Assembly: GCA_041917295.1 (NCBI GenBank)
Contig: JAYRXX010000025.1
Span: 51,275-115,274 of the forward strand
DNA from: Elusimicrobiota bacterium
GTDB taxonomy: Bacteria; Elusimicrobiota; Elusimicrobia; FEN-1173
Reading direction: 5' to 3'
Length of the DNA stretch: 64,000 nt
Shown here: positions 1 through 9,456 of the stretch, piece after piece
Layout of the letters: each line of letters starts with the position of its first letter
Position numbering within the stretch: the first letter of the stretch is position 1
The notes under the pieces: model-generated
Databases searched by the model: none
The model's input: only the letters and a program-made list of their open reading frames with translations
Told to the model about the DNA's origin: nothing
Position numbers and translations under genes: made by a program

Positions 1-3
1 CCC

Positions 4-321
4 ATGGAACTGCAGTTGACCGATTCGAGTTTTGAAAAAGAAGTGTTGAAGTCCCCTCTTCCTGTGCTCGTTGATTTTTGGGCGCCCTGGTGCGGTCCGT
101 GCCGGATGTTGGGCCCGATCGTGGAAGAAATCGCCAAGGAATACAACGGGAAAGCCGTCATCGGAAAAATGAACACCGACGAAAATCCTGAGGTGGCCTC
201 GAAATTCAATATCTCGGCCATCCCGTCCATGTTGTTTTTCAAAGGCGGGAAAGTGGTCGAACAGATGGTCGGGGTCCACTCCAAAAAAGACATCAAAACC
301 AAGCTCGACGCCCTGCTGTAA
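4..321 (+). CDS. trxA: Thioredoxin
   Basis: 105 aa; WCGPC active-site motif (FWAPWCGPCRM) and thioredoxin length. Confidence 0.9.
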   Translation: MELQLTDSSFEKEVLKSPLPVLVDFWAPWCGPCRMLGPIVEEIAKEYNGKAVIGKMNTDENPEVASKFNISAIPSMLFFKGGKVVEQMVGVHSKKDIKTKLDALL

Positions 322-331
322 ACGGTCTCCC

Positions 332-886
332 TTGACCTCCCTTCGCGCTCCGCGTCTGTTGTGGCTTTTGCCGGTCTTGGCCGTGGCCTGGACCGCGTGC
401 GGATCCAATTCGGGAGGGGGCTCTACCGCTCCGTCCGCCGAAATGCCGTCGCCCGCGTCGCCTGGGAACCAAGCGGCACCGGGCTTTTCGTTGTTGGACA
501 CGCAAGGCAAGACTGTGGCGTTGGCGGACTTTAAGGGTCGGGTGGTGTTTATCGATTTTTGGGCGTCTTGGTGCCCCCCGTGCCGCATTTCCATGCCGGA
601 AGTGGAAAAGTTGTCGGCGGAATACCAAGGCAAACCGGTTCAAGTCCTGGGCTTGAATCTGGACGACGACCCTGACGCGGCCCGTCGGTTCGCGGACCGG
701 AAAAAAATTCCTTACCCTGTCCTGTTGGCCGGCGGGTCTGACGCGGCCGCCGCCTACGGCGTGGAAGGCATTCCCCACTTTGCGTTGGTGGACGCCCAGG
801 GTCGACTGGTCCAAATTTGGTCGGGGTTCGCGCCCGGGATGGGACGCGAATGGCGCGCCGCCATCAACACGTTGTTGGAGTCTTGA
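332..886 (+). CDS. TlpA/ResA-like thiol-disulfide oxidoreductase, probably a lipoprotein
   Basis: Signal peptide with lipobox-like LAVAWTAC; WCPPC motif (FWASWCPPCR); thioredoxin-fold length. Confidence 0.8.
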   Translation: MTSLRAPRLLWLLPVLAVAWTACGSNSGGGSTAPSAEMPSPASPGNQAAPGFSLLDTQGKTVALADFKGRVVFIDFWASWCPPCRISMPEVEKLSAEYQGKPVQVLGLNLDDDPDAARRFADRKKIPYPVLLAGGSDAAAAYGVEGIPHFALVDAQGRLVQIWSGFAPGMGREWRAAINTLLES

Positions 887-3642
887 CCGTTACAAAAACC
901 CTCTTTCTGGTTGACGCCCATGGTTACCTTCATCGGGCGTACCACGCTCTTCCCCCGTTAACCAATTCCAAGGGGGAACCCGTGGGCGCGTTGTTCGGGT
1001 TTGCCCGGATGTTGACCAAAATTCTTCGTCGGCACCGGCCGGACCGGTTGGTGGTGTGTTTCGACGATGCCGCGCCCACGTTTCGGCACAAAGCCTACGG
1101 GGACTACAAAGCCCACCGCAAAGAAATCGATGACGCTTTAAAATTTCAACTGCCCCTGGCCCGCTCCCTGGTGGACGCCTGGGGACTTCCGTCGGCCGTG
1201 TTGCCCGGTTACGAAGCCGACGACGTGATCGCCACCTTGGCGGAACGCGGCAAGCAAGCGGGTTATGAGGTGGTCGTGGTAACCGCCGACAAAGACGCGC
1301 TCCAACTGGTGGGCGGGCCCGTTTCGGTTCTCAACGAACAACGGGGCGTTCGATATGACGCCGCCGAAGTGGAAAAAAAATACGGCCTTCGGCCGGACCA
1401 GATGGTGGACTATTTCGCTCTGGTGGGCGACAGTTCCGATAACGTGCCCGGCGTGCCCGGTGTGGGGGACAAAACCGCGACAACGTTGTTGCAAAAGTTT
1501 GGGACCTTGGACATTCTGTTCGAACAGTTGGACCAGGTTAAAAGCGCACTGAAAGAAAAACTGCGGGCCCACGAAAAAGAAGCCCGACTCAGTCGGTCGT
1601 TGGTCATCTTGGAACGAGACGTGCCCCTGCCATTGGATGTGGACACCTGCCGCATCCCCGACCGTCCGTCAGAAGATCTTCTCCGTTTTGTGGGTCGGCT
1701 GGAATTCAACAGCCTTCTTCCGGAACTCAAAGGGACGGCCGAGCCGGATTCGACGATCTCCGCGGGCCCTCCGGCGTCTTCCCCGGACCAAACCGACCCG
1801 CCCGCACCAATTCAACCGGTGAACCGAACCGTTCACACCGTTTTGTCCGAACGGGATCTGGATCGGCTCGTCGGCGAATTGAAGGGGGCCCCTGTTCTGT
1901 CGGTGGATGTGGAAACGACGGGTTTGGACCCGTTTTCCTGTTCGTTGGTGGGCCTTTCTTTGTCGACAAAAGCCGGTTCGGCCTGGTATGTGCCGGTGGG
2001 CCACGCTTACCTGGGAGCGCCCGCCCAGGTGCCGATGGAAAAAGTGCGACGGGCGTTGGCTACCATTTTGGCCGACCCGGCTTTGCCGAAGGTGGGCCAC
2101 AATTTGAAATTTGACAGCCAGGTGCTGGCCCGGGCGGGGATGCCGGTTGTTCCGCTTGCGTTCGACACCATGGTGGCGTCCTACTGTCTGAATCCGGGCC
2201 GCCAGACCCATGGTCTGAAAGCCCTGGCGTTGGATCTGTTGGGCGAACCCATGGCCGCCATCGAATCGTTGATCGGCAAAGGCGCCAAACAAATTACCAT
2301 GGACCAGGTCAAAATCGAAGACGCCGCTCCCTACGCCGGGGCCGACGCCGAGGTCTCCCTCCGACTAAAAGAATGGATGGAACCTCTCCTGAAAGAAAAA
2401 GAGTTGGACCCCCTTTTCCGGAACGTGGAAATGCCGTTGGTCCCGATTTTGTCGGCCATGGAAGAGTCGGGCGTGGCGTTGGATGTGCCCTATCTCAACG
2501 ATTTGGCCCAGTCGTTCGGCCGCGACATCGCCCAGACCCAGGCCGAGATCCACGCGTTGGCGGGGGAACCGGTGAACGTGAATTCCCCGAAACAGCTGGC
2601 GGTGATTTTGTTTGAGAAACTTAAACTGCCGGTGGTGCGAAAAACAAAAACCGGGTTTTCCACTGACGAAGATGTTCTTCAGAAGTTGTCCCATCAGCAT
2701 CCGTTGCCGGCGCGCATTTTGGCATACCGCGAACTGGCCAAACTGAAGAGCACTTACATCGACGCCCTGTTGGCGCTGGTGCGGGAGTCGGGCCGGGTCC
2801 ACACGAGTTTCAACCAGGCGGTGGCGGCCACGGGCCGGTTGTCGTCGTCTGACCCGAACCTTCAAAACATTCCCATTCGTACGGATTACGGCCGAAAAAT
2901 CCGGCGGGCGTTTGTGGCCAAGGAAGGCTGGACATTTTTGTCGGCGGACTATTCGCAAATTGATCTGCGGGTGTTGGCCCACGTGACGGGCGACCCCGCG
3001 TTGGTGGCGGCGTTTCGGCGGGGGGACGACATCCATTCGGCCACGGCCCGGGACATTTTTTCATTGGAGCCCCAGGCTCCCGTGAGCGACGATCAGCGCC
3101 GTGTGGCCAAAACCGTCAACTTCGGCATCGTCTACGGTCAAACGGGGTTTGGGCTCTCTCAACAGTTGGGAATCCCCCTGGGACAAGCCCAATCGTATAT
3201 CAACGCGTACCTGGAAAAATACGCCGGGGTGAAAGCCTGGATGGCCCGCATCATTGAGGAAGCCCGCCGCAACGGCTATGTGACCACCCTTCTCAATCGC
3301 CGGCGTTATTTGCCCGAGATCAAGGCGCCGAACACCGCCGTCCGGGGCTTCGCCGAGCGAACCGCCATGAACACCCCCATCCAAGGGACCAGCGCGGACA
3401 TTATTAAGTTGGCCATGATCCAACTGGCCCGGTTGTTCAAAGAAAAGAGTTGGAAAACCCGGATGCTTCTGCAAGTGCACGACGATTTGTTGTTCGAGGT
3501 GCCGGAGAAAGAGTTGGATCGCGTGGCGAAACCCATTCAACACGTCATGGAAAACGCCCTGTCTTTGTCGGTCCCCCTCGTCGTGGACCTAAAAAAGGGC
3601 CCCAACTGGGCGGACATGAAACGGTTCGTTGCCCATGCCTGA
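883..3642 (+). CDS. polA: DNA polymerase I with 5'-3' exonuclease, 3'-5' exonuclease and polymerase domains
   Basis: Family-A polymerase motifs: DYSQIELR-like (DYSQIDLRVLAH), RRxAKxxNFGxxYG (QRRVAKTVNFGIVYG) and QVHDE-like (QVHDDLLFE). The ORF track starts at 817, but a TTG at 883, in frame and just overlapping the upstream stop, gives the canonical N-terminus (TLFLVDAHGY), so the start is taken as about 883. Confidence 0.88.
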   Translation: MTVTKTLFLVDAHGYLHRAYHALPPLTNSKGEPVGALFGFARMLTKILRRHRPDRLVVCFDDAAPTFRHKAYGDYKAHRKEIDDALKFQLPLARSLVDAWGLPSAVLPGYEADDVIATLAERGKQAGYEVVVVTADKDALQLVGGPVSVLNEQRGVRYDAAEVEKKYGLRPDQMVDYFALVGDSSDNVPGVPGVGDKTATTLLQKFGTLDILFEQLDQVKSALKEKLRAHEKEARLSRSLVILERDVPLPLDVDTCRIPDRPSEDLLRFVGRLEFNSLLPELKGTAEPDSTISAGPPASSPDQTDPPAPIQPVNRTVHTVLSERDLDRLVGELKGAPVLSVDVETTGLDPFSCSLVGLSLSTKAGSAWYVPVGHAYLGAPAQVPMEKVRRALATILADPALPKVGHNLKFDSQVLARAGMPVVPLAFDTMVASYCLNPGRQTHGLKALALDLLGEPMAAIESLIGKGAKQITMDQVKIEDAAPYAGADAEVSLRLKEWMEPLLKEKELDPLFRNVEMPLVPILSAMEESGVALDVPYLNDLAQSFGRDIAQTQAEIHALAGEPVNVNSPKQLAVILFEKLKLPVVRKTKTGFSTDEDVLQKLSHQHPLPARILAYRELAKLKSTYIDALLALVRESGRVHTSFNQAVAATGRLSSSDPNLQNIPIRTDYGRKIRRAFVAKEGWTFLSADYSQIDLRVLAHVTGDPALVAAFRRGDDIHSATARDIFSLEPQAPVSDDQRRVAKTVNFGIVYGQTGFGLSQQLGIPLGQAQSYINAYLEKYAGVKAWMARIIEEARRNGYVTTLLNRRRYLPEIKAPNTAVRGFAERTAMNTPIQGTSADIIKLAMIQLARLFKEKSWKTRMLLQVHDDLLFEVPEKELDRVAKPIQHVMENALSLSVPLVVDLKKGPNWADMKRFVAHA

Positions 3643-4468
3643 ACTGCCGGAAGTGGAAACCATCCGGCGGGACCTGGAAAAGTTGGTGGGGGGGCTGACG
3701 ATCGATCGGGTTCAGGTTCGGGACCGACGGGTCCTGGAAGGGTTTGGGCCGGACGGCCGCCCACGGCGGAAAGTGGATCCGGAACAATTTTCTCAGGCTG
3801 TGGCGGGGCGGACCGTGGCGGGGGTGATCCGACGGGGAAAATACCTCGTTTTTGATTTGGGGTCCGTGTCCCTTTTGGCCCATTTGCGGATGACCGGGCG
3901 GCTTGTGGTCGGCCCGCCCGACCAAAAGGCCCGGGCGGTCCTCTCCTTTCGACAGACAACCGCGGTTTTAAACGTGATCGACACCCGCCGGTTTGGCGAA
4001 GTCTGGTTGGCGCCGGATTGGCGGCGGGACCCTTCCATCGCGGCGTTGGGACCCGAACCCCTTGAACCAATGGATGAGGCGGCCTGGGGTCGATCGTTGC
4101 GGCGGTCGGGAGCGGCGTTGCATTCGGCGCTCCTGGACCAAAAACGCATGGCCGGATTGGGAAACATTTATGTGACGGAAGCCCTTCACTTGTCGGGTCT
4201 GCGGCCCACGCGGAAAGCGCGGGCCGTGCCGGAAAAGGCACTGCCCGTTTTGCTCAAAAATATTCGCGGGGTGTTGGAACGGGGGTTGGCCGATCGGGGC
4301 GTTTCGTTCCGGGATTACCGGGACGCTCAGGGCCAAAAGGGGTTGGCCCAAAAAGGCCTGTTCGTCTATGGGAAGGGAGGGCTTCCTTGTTCCGGGTGCG
4401 GGAGTGTTCTTGTCTCGGTCAAAGTAGGGGGGCGGGGAACCGTCTACTGTCGAAAATGCCAAAAGTGA
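3629..4468 (+). CDS. mutM: Formamidopyrimidine-DNA glycosylase
   Basis: N-terminal MPELPEVE with catalytic Pro2 and Glu3; C-terminal zinc finger CSGCGSV...CRKCQK; overlaps the polA stop by 14 nt. Confidence 0.9.
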   Translation: MPMPELPEVETIRRDLEKLVGGLTIDRVQVRDRRVLEGFGPDGRPRRKVDPEQFSQAVAGRTVAGVIRRGKYLVFDLGSVSLLAHLRMTGRLVVGPPDQKARAVLSFRQTTAVLNVIDTRRFGEVWLAPDWRRDPSIAALGPEPLEPMDEAAWGRSLRRSGAALHSALLDQKRMAGLGNIYVTEALHLSGLRPTRKARAVPEKALPVLLKNIRGVLERGLADRGVSFRDYRDAQGQKGLAQKGLFVYGKGGLPCSGCGSVLVSVKVGGRGTVYCRKCQK

Positions 4469-4485
4469 GAGGGAGCGCGAACTCG

Positions 4486-5136
4486 ATGGTCTCAAAAAAT
4501 AGGCGCCGTGGAAAGCCGCTCGCCCTGCCAAGAAAGGGGAAACCCCCATGCGTCGTGGGTCTCACCGGCGGGATGGGCGCTGGGAAGTCCACCGTGTCGG
4601 CCTATTTGCGCAACCAAGCCATCCCGGTGGTGGACGCCGATCAAATTGTTCACCGGGCCCTGGCAAAGGGGGGCGCCGCTTATCGGCGGGTGGTTCGTCT
4701 GTTTGGACAATCCTGTGTGGGACCCGACGGAGAATTAAACCGGGGCGCGCTGGCCCAGGCGGTGTTTTCAAACCGGCGCCTGCGCAAACAGCTCGAATCG
4801 ATCTTGCATCCCCTTGTGTTTAAGGAAATCAAACGGCGGGTGGCGGCCCATCGACGGGGTTTGTTGGTTTTGGACGTGCCGCTATTGTTTGAAACGGGCC
4901 TCGACCGCTGGGTGGACCACACGGTCACCGTGTGGGCCCCGCGGTCCGTTTGTTTGGCCCGGATGACCGCGTCCAAACGATGGACCCGACCCGACGCCGT
5001 CCGACGGTTGAAGGCCCAGATGTCCCCCCGGGAAAAACGCCGTCGATCGGATTTCTTGTTAGACAACAGCGGATCCCGCCGGGACCTGTATCGCCAAATC
5101 GATCGGTTGTTGGCTGCTCTTCCTTTTTCCCCCTGA
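4486..5136 (+). CDS. coaE: Dephospho-CoA kinase
   Basis: P-loop VVGLTGGMGAGKST near the N-terminus; typical CoaE length. Start chosen as the first in-frame ATG after the mutM stop; the ORF track extends to 4387. Confidence 0.8.
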   Translation: MVSKNRRRGKPLALPRKGKPPCVVGLTGGMGAGKSTVSAYLRNQAIPVVDADQIVHRALAKGGAAYRRVVRLFGQSCVGPDGELNRGALAQAVFSNRRLRKQLESILHPLVFKEIKRRVAAHRRGLLVLDVPLLFETGLDRWVDHTVTVWAPRSVCLARMTASKRWTRPDAVRRLKAQMSPREKRRRSDFLLDNSGSRRDLYRQIDRLLAALPFSP

Positions 5137-5253
5137 AAAGATCGTCTTGAGCGGTTCGTTTGGAGGGTGTGTGTGGGGGGGGGGGGGCCGAGTTTACAGG
5201 ATTGTTACAATTTTTTCTCTGTTTCTTTCGAACGGAATCTCTATAATCTAGGT

Positions 5254-8200
5254 ATGGAAGACAGTGCGCCTATCTTGAGGGGCTCGGCTCCCCTGGGGGG
5301 GCTCCTCGGAAGAGGGGTTCGGCTGTTGTTGGCTGCCCTCCTTTTTTCGGGAGACATGGGGGCGTGGGCCGCCCGAGACCTCTGGACAGAACGTCGAAAA
5401 GCGGCTTTTTCCGTTCGTGGCGGGTTGCGTTCCCCCGCCGCGGACCGGTTGGCGGCCTCGTTTCCGTCCGTCGATCCGGGGTTTGTCCCGGCGGAGGCGT
5501 CGGGCATGCCCGCCTGGTTGGCGAACACGGTGGGGCTTTATGCCGATGTGGGAACCTATGTTCCTCCCCCGCCGGGCCAACGGCGCGTGTTGATTCATGT
5601 TCAGGACCTTCACGCGGTGGAGGAGGCCCAACGCAACATCGCCTCTCTCCTGGACCAACTGGCGGGATCGGTCGGAGGAACCGACGGTCTGTACGTGGGG
5701 TTGGAAGGAGCGGCCGGACCATTTCGGACCGACGATTTTCGCGCGTTGGCGGCGCCGTCGGTGATCCGGCGGGTTTCGGACCGGTTTTTGCGGGCCGGAC
5801 TGATTTCGGGGCCCGAATTTTTTAGTTTGACCACCGAACGCCCGTTTCGTCTGTGGGGCACGGAAGATCCCGCCGCCTACGAAGCCAACGTCCGCGCGTT
5901 GACCCAAACCTTCGCCACCCAACCCCAAGACGACGCCCGCTTGGCCCACGCCCGCCGTCGGATGGACAAGTTAAAAAAGGCCCTCTACCCCCCCGCCCTG
6001 CTTGCCCTGGACGAGGCCCAAACCGCCTACGAATCCGGCCAACTCCCGTTGACGGGGTACGTCCAAAAGATTTCTGAAAATGTTTCGGACCGGGAGATGG
6101 GCCCTTCCCTGGTCCGGTATCGGGAAGCGTTGCGGTTGGAATCGGACCTCTCTCTCAAAAGCGTCGAGGCGGACCAACAACGGCTTCTGGAACATCTTGC
6201 GCCTCTCTTGACCGATCTTGAACGCCGCCGTTTAACCGAGGCCGGGTTGGCTTGCCGGTTGGGCCGGGCACGGCACGGTTCCTTTTTGACCGTCCTAAAA
6301 GAAATATGTCGACAACGCCGGGTCGACCTGGCCGGGTATCCCCACTTTTTGGCTCACAACGCCTATGTTGAAAAGGTGCAAGGATTGAGGGGGGAAGAGT
6401 TGATGGGGGATGTGGAACGTTTGGCTGATCGTCAAATGCAAGTTTTGGCGGGGGACGCCGCCGTTGTTAAAGCCATCGAGCTGGATCGTGACCTAAAACG
6501 GATCGAAAAACTGAACCGCTTTTCGATGGTCCCGGACGAATTTGGGAGGTGGACCCAACGTCGGTCAGAGGTGGCCCGATGGTCTCAACGGGGGGCCGAT
6601 TTGGCCCGGTATGCGGAAAGGTCTGTCCGGGTTCCCGGTTCTGAAGGTGTTCAACGGGCCAAGGGGAAGGAACCCAAGGGGGCCGACCCTTGGCCGGACC
6701 TCTTGGACGTGGCCGACCGGCACGCCGGTTTTCACCGGTGGGCCGAAACGCGCAATCGTTCGCTGGTTAAAAACCTGTTGGCCCGTTGGACCGACGACCG
6801 TCCGGCGGTGTTGGTGGCGGGCGGGTTCCAAGCAGAGGGTCTTCGCGCCGTCGCCCGGTCCGAAGGGGTGGGTTACATCTCCCTTGTCCCACGGGTGATC
6901 CACACCAAACAGTTTCCGCCGCCCCTGGAATCCTTTCGATCTAAAGGAAAAACAATCAAGTGGCGGTTGCCCGGCCCTTCCTCTCTCCAAAACCGCCTTC
7001 GAACCGCGGGTTCGGAGATTGGTTCACGAGAGGTTGTTTCAGTGGATAATGGGGAAGTTCCCTTTCCCACCGCGTTTATTGCCACGGTGTATGCCACGCT
7101 GGTCATGGATCCGGAATATCAAACTCCCTTGTCCCCGGGGGCCGTTGAGAAATTGCGGGAGGTGGCACTTACCCGGTTTGGGGTCGACTTGGAGCAAGTC
7201 GGTTCGGCCAACGAGAAAGGGGGCTTGGTGTTGACGGTCCGATTTCCGTCGGTACCCGAAGTCCCCGCCTACACCGTGACGATAAGTCGGGGTGGGCCCA
7301 ACGGGGAGGCCGGCGATTTCTGGGTGGGGATTGAATCGGTTTCTTCCTGGCGGCAAGCGGTCGAATTTATTCGCCAGGCGGACAATTTGATTGCATCCCT
7401 GGGCCCCGCGATTCGGTTGTGGGCCACTCGGGTTTTGCCCCACGCGATCGATCAAACGGGTTTGGCGTTTCGAAAAACGGCCGTATTTCTTATTCCGACG
7501 GTTCGTTCAGCCGGTGGATCGGGCCTCTTGAATTATTTCGGGGGACTGAAGGATCGGTGGACCCAATCGATCCTCTTGGCCCGGGAACGGGAAGACGTGC
7601 TCAAGGCGCTCGCCCAACCGCTTGACGATCGCAACGCCCGGTTGGCCGCGTTGGCCGCAAACCACACCAGGGTCATGCCCTCGGCATGGGTTCAATCTTT
7701 ATCCGAAGCGATCAATGGCCACAAGATCGGGACTCTAGAGATTGGGGTGGACAAAAAGAGCCTTCTGGTTTCCTTGGGTCAGGGTCAGTCCACCACCCGA
7801 TTGCGGTTGCATGTGACGTCGGCCAGGGCCCTCTACGAGCGACCCGCCGACTATTCTCCATACCAACTCGCCCGACGTTCAGACGGGACCATCGACGTGT
7901 ATTTGGCGGAACCGGTGGTCTCCAGCCCGGAACGGTTGTTGCCCTTGGTGATCGGTCGTTTGTTGCGTGAAATCAACGGCCAACCGTCGGGGAACCACCG
8001 CCTGGAAGAACTTCAGATTTTGTTGGGGATGTGGGAATCGTTGGCCCAGTACTCCATCAACAGCTGGGCCAGTTATGTTTTGGGAATGAAATTGGAACCG
8101 GCAATCGGGGTTCCTTCTGCGGTTCAACGCCAGGCCTGGCAACCCGGCGCTGTCCTTGATTTTGTTAACAATACGGAAGAGCAACTGGGTGGGGCCAACA

Positions 8201-9255
8201 CCGGCTTGTTTGTTTTGACCGGGGCTTCCCCAAATTCGGAAGCGGATTCTTTGGCTTCAACGGTAACCATGGACGCAGTGGTCAACGTACTTGCGGGTCT
8301 TGGTTGGGACACTGAGAGGGCCGGGGCCACGGCCAAGGGGTTGGTCGAAAATCGGCTGAATCAACGTATTCAGCTGATTGAACAGTTTCAAACCTTGGCG
8401 GATCAACGGGGTTTATTGACGCGCCTTTCCTGGCGGGTGAACCGTCAAGAATTGTCCGCCAGCGGAGCGAACCTGGTGATCGATTTGCTCAAGCACGTGG
8501 GTACGTCCCAAGGGCAAATCATGGCGCTGAACGGGACCCCTTACGAGACGGGACTCCAAACTCAAATGACGGACCAGTTTCCCTATCTGGCGCAAACCTT
8601 GCTGGGAATCATGAAAATGGCCGGGCAACCCCTGGACCGGGCGAGCGTGGAAAATCAGCGCGCTCGGTTGGCGGACATGTGGACTGTTTACGCGGAACAT
8701 TTTTCCATCGGATACGGCCAACTGTCTTCGGTTTACTCCCCTCCGGCGGCCTCCGCCACGGTGGCCCAAGCCGAGGGAGTCCTCGTCGGAGTGTTCCACC
8801 TGGCCCCCCTTGGCGATGAGAAAGCCCTCGACCGGGTTCTCGATGTGTTGTTGAGCCGTGACTTGAGCCGGTTTAAAGCAACGCTGTTGGTCCCGGAAAA
8901 TGGAGACGATTTGAAGGATTCTCTCGTCAAGGCGCTTGAAAATCGCTTGCGGGTACGGGAAATGACCGACTCTCAAACGGCGGGCGTCACAACATTTCTG
9001 GCCGGAGAAAATTTGTTGGTTCTCCCCGCGGGGGCTGAAAGGATTCAGTTGGATCTGGTGTTTCAGCAAATTACCCAACGCTGGGGAAACGTCACCCATG
9101 CGGACGTTTACACCGTCAACGCGGCTGTTTTTGATATGACCGTGGCGACCCTGCTCTCTTGGAATATCTACGAAAACGGCGTTCTGGTTTCCAATTCCGT
9201 CAAATCGGCTTTGGCGGAACAGCGGATCCGCGCTTTCATACAGCAACAAGCTTAA
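5254..9255 (+). CDS. Large (1334 aa) hypothetical secreted or membrane-anchored protein of unknown function
   Basis: Long uninterrupted ORF in a 62% GC genome with a hydrophobic N-terminal segment (VRLLLAALLFSG). The ATG at 5254 lies directly after a TATAAT hexamer, whereas the track ORF starts at 5167 inside a poly-G tract. No Walker, HExxH or other catalytic motif was recognised. Confidence 0.6.
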   Translation: MEDSAPILRGSAPLGGLLGRGVRLLLAALLFSGDMGAWAARDLWTERRKAAFSVRGGLRSPAADRLAASFPSVDPGFVPAEASGMPAWLANTVGLYADVGTYVPPPPGQRRVLIHVQDLHAVEEAQRNIASLLDQLAGSVGGTDGLYVGLEGAAGPFRTDDFRALAAPSVIRRVSDRFLRAGLISGPEFFSLTTERPFRLWGTEDPAAYEANVRALTQTFATQPQDDARLAHARRRMDKLKKALYPPALLALDEAQTAYESGQLPLTGYVQKISENVSDREMGPSLVRYREALRLESDLSLKSVEADQQRLLEHLAPLLTDLERRRLTEAGLACRLGRARHGSFLTVLKEICRQRRVDLAGYPHFLAHNAYVEKVQGLRGEELMGDVERLADRQMQVLAGDAAVVKAIELDRDLKRIEKLNRFSMVPDEFGRWTQRRSEVARWSQRGADLARYAERSVRVPGSEGVQRAKGKEPKGADPWPDLLDVADRHAGFHRWAETRNRSLVKNLLARWTDDRPAVLVAGGFQAEGLRAVARSEGVGYISLVPRVIHTKQFPPPLESFRSKGKTIKWRLPGPSSLQNRLRTAGSEIGSREVVSVDNGEVPFPTAFIATVYATLVMDPEYQTPLSPGAVEKLREVALTRFGVDLEQVGSANEKGGLVLTVRFPSVPEVPAYTVTISRGGPNGEAGDFWVGIESVSSWRQAVEFIRQADNLIASLGPAIRLWATRVLPHAIDQTGLAFRKTAVFLIPTVRSAGGSGLLNYFGGLKDRWTQSILLAREREDVLKALAQPLDDRNARLAALAANHTRVMPSAWVQSLSEAINGHKIGTLEIGVDKKSLLVSLGQGQSTTRLRLHVTSARALYERPADYSPYQLARRSDGTIDVYLAEPVVSSPERLLPLVIGRLLREINGQPSGNHRLEELQILLGMWESLAQYSINSWASYVLGMKLEPAIGVPSAVQRQAWQPGAVLDFVNNTEEQLGGANTGLFVLTGASPNSEADSLASTVTMDAVVNVLAGLGWDTERAGATAKGLVENRLNQRIQLIEQFQTLADQRGLLTRLSWRVNRQELSASGANLVIDLLKHVGTSQGQIMALNGTPYETGLQTQMTDQFPYLAQTLLGIMKMAGQPLDRASVENQRARLADMWTVYAEHFSIGYGQLSSVYSPPAASATVAQAEGVLVGVFHLAPLGDEKALDRVLDVLLSRDLSRFKATLLVPENGDDLKDSLVKALENRLRVREMTDSQTAGVTTFLAGENLLVLPAGAERIQLDLVFQQITQRWGNVTHADVYTVNAAVFDMTVATLLSWNIYENGVLVSNSVKSALAEQRIRAFIQQQA

Positions 9256-9420
9256 CCCGAAATTCCCAGTTGGATCGCGGGATTCGACGGAAAATTCGGG
9301 CCTTTTTTCTTCACAAAAAAGTTTGTCCGTAGTCCCTGCTACGGCCTGCACTTTTTTGTTCGTAAAAAGGCCCGCCTTTTCCTTCTCGGTCCTCGCGCCC
9401 AACTGGGAATTCCGGGTTAA
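9254..9420. repeat. MITE-like palindromic repeat, copy A (~167 bp)
   Basis: The element termini AACCCGAAATTCCCAGTTGG and CCAACTGGGAATTCCGGGTT form ~20-bp terminal inverted repeats. The whole element is about 95% identical to the reverse complement of 20953-21120. Confidence 0.8.
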
Positions 9421-9456
9421 AAAAACTACAATGCCGCAAAAACAGGGGGAACCAAC

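Noticed and set aside
5175-5187. Poly-G tract as a definite phase-variation switch
   Set aside because: It is kept as a hypothesis only. A 13-mer homopolymer could equally be a sequencing or assembly homopolymer error, and no length variation can be seen from a single sequence.
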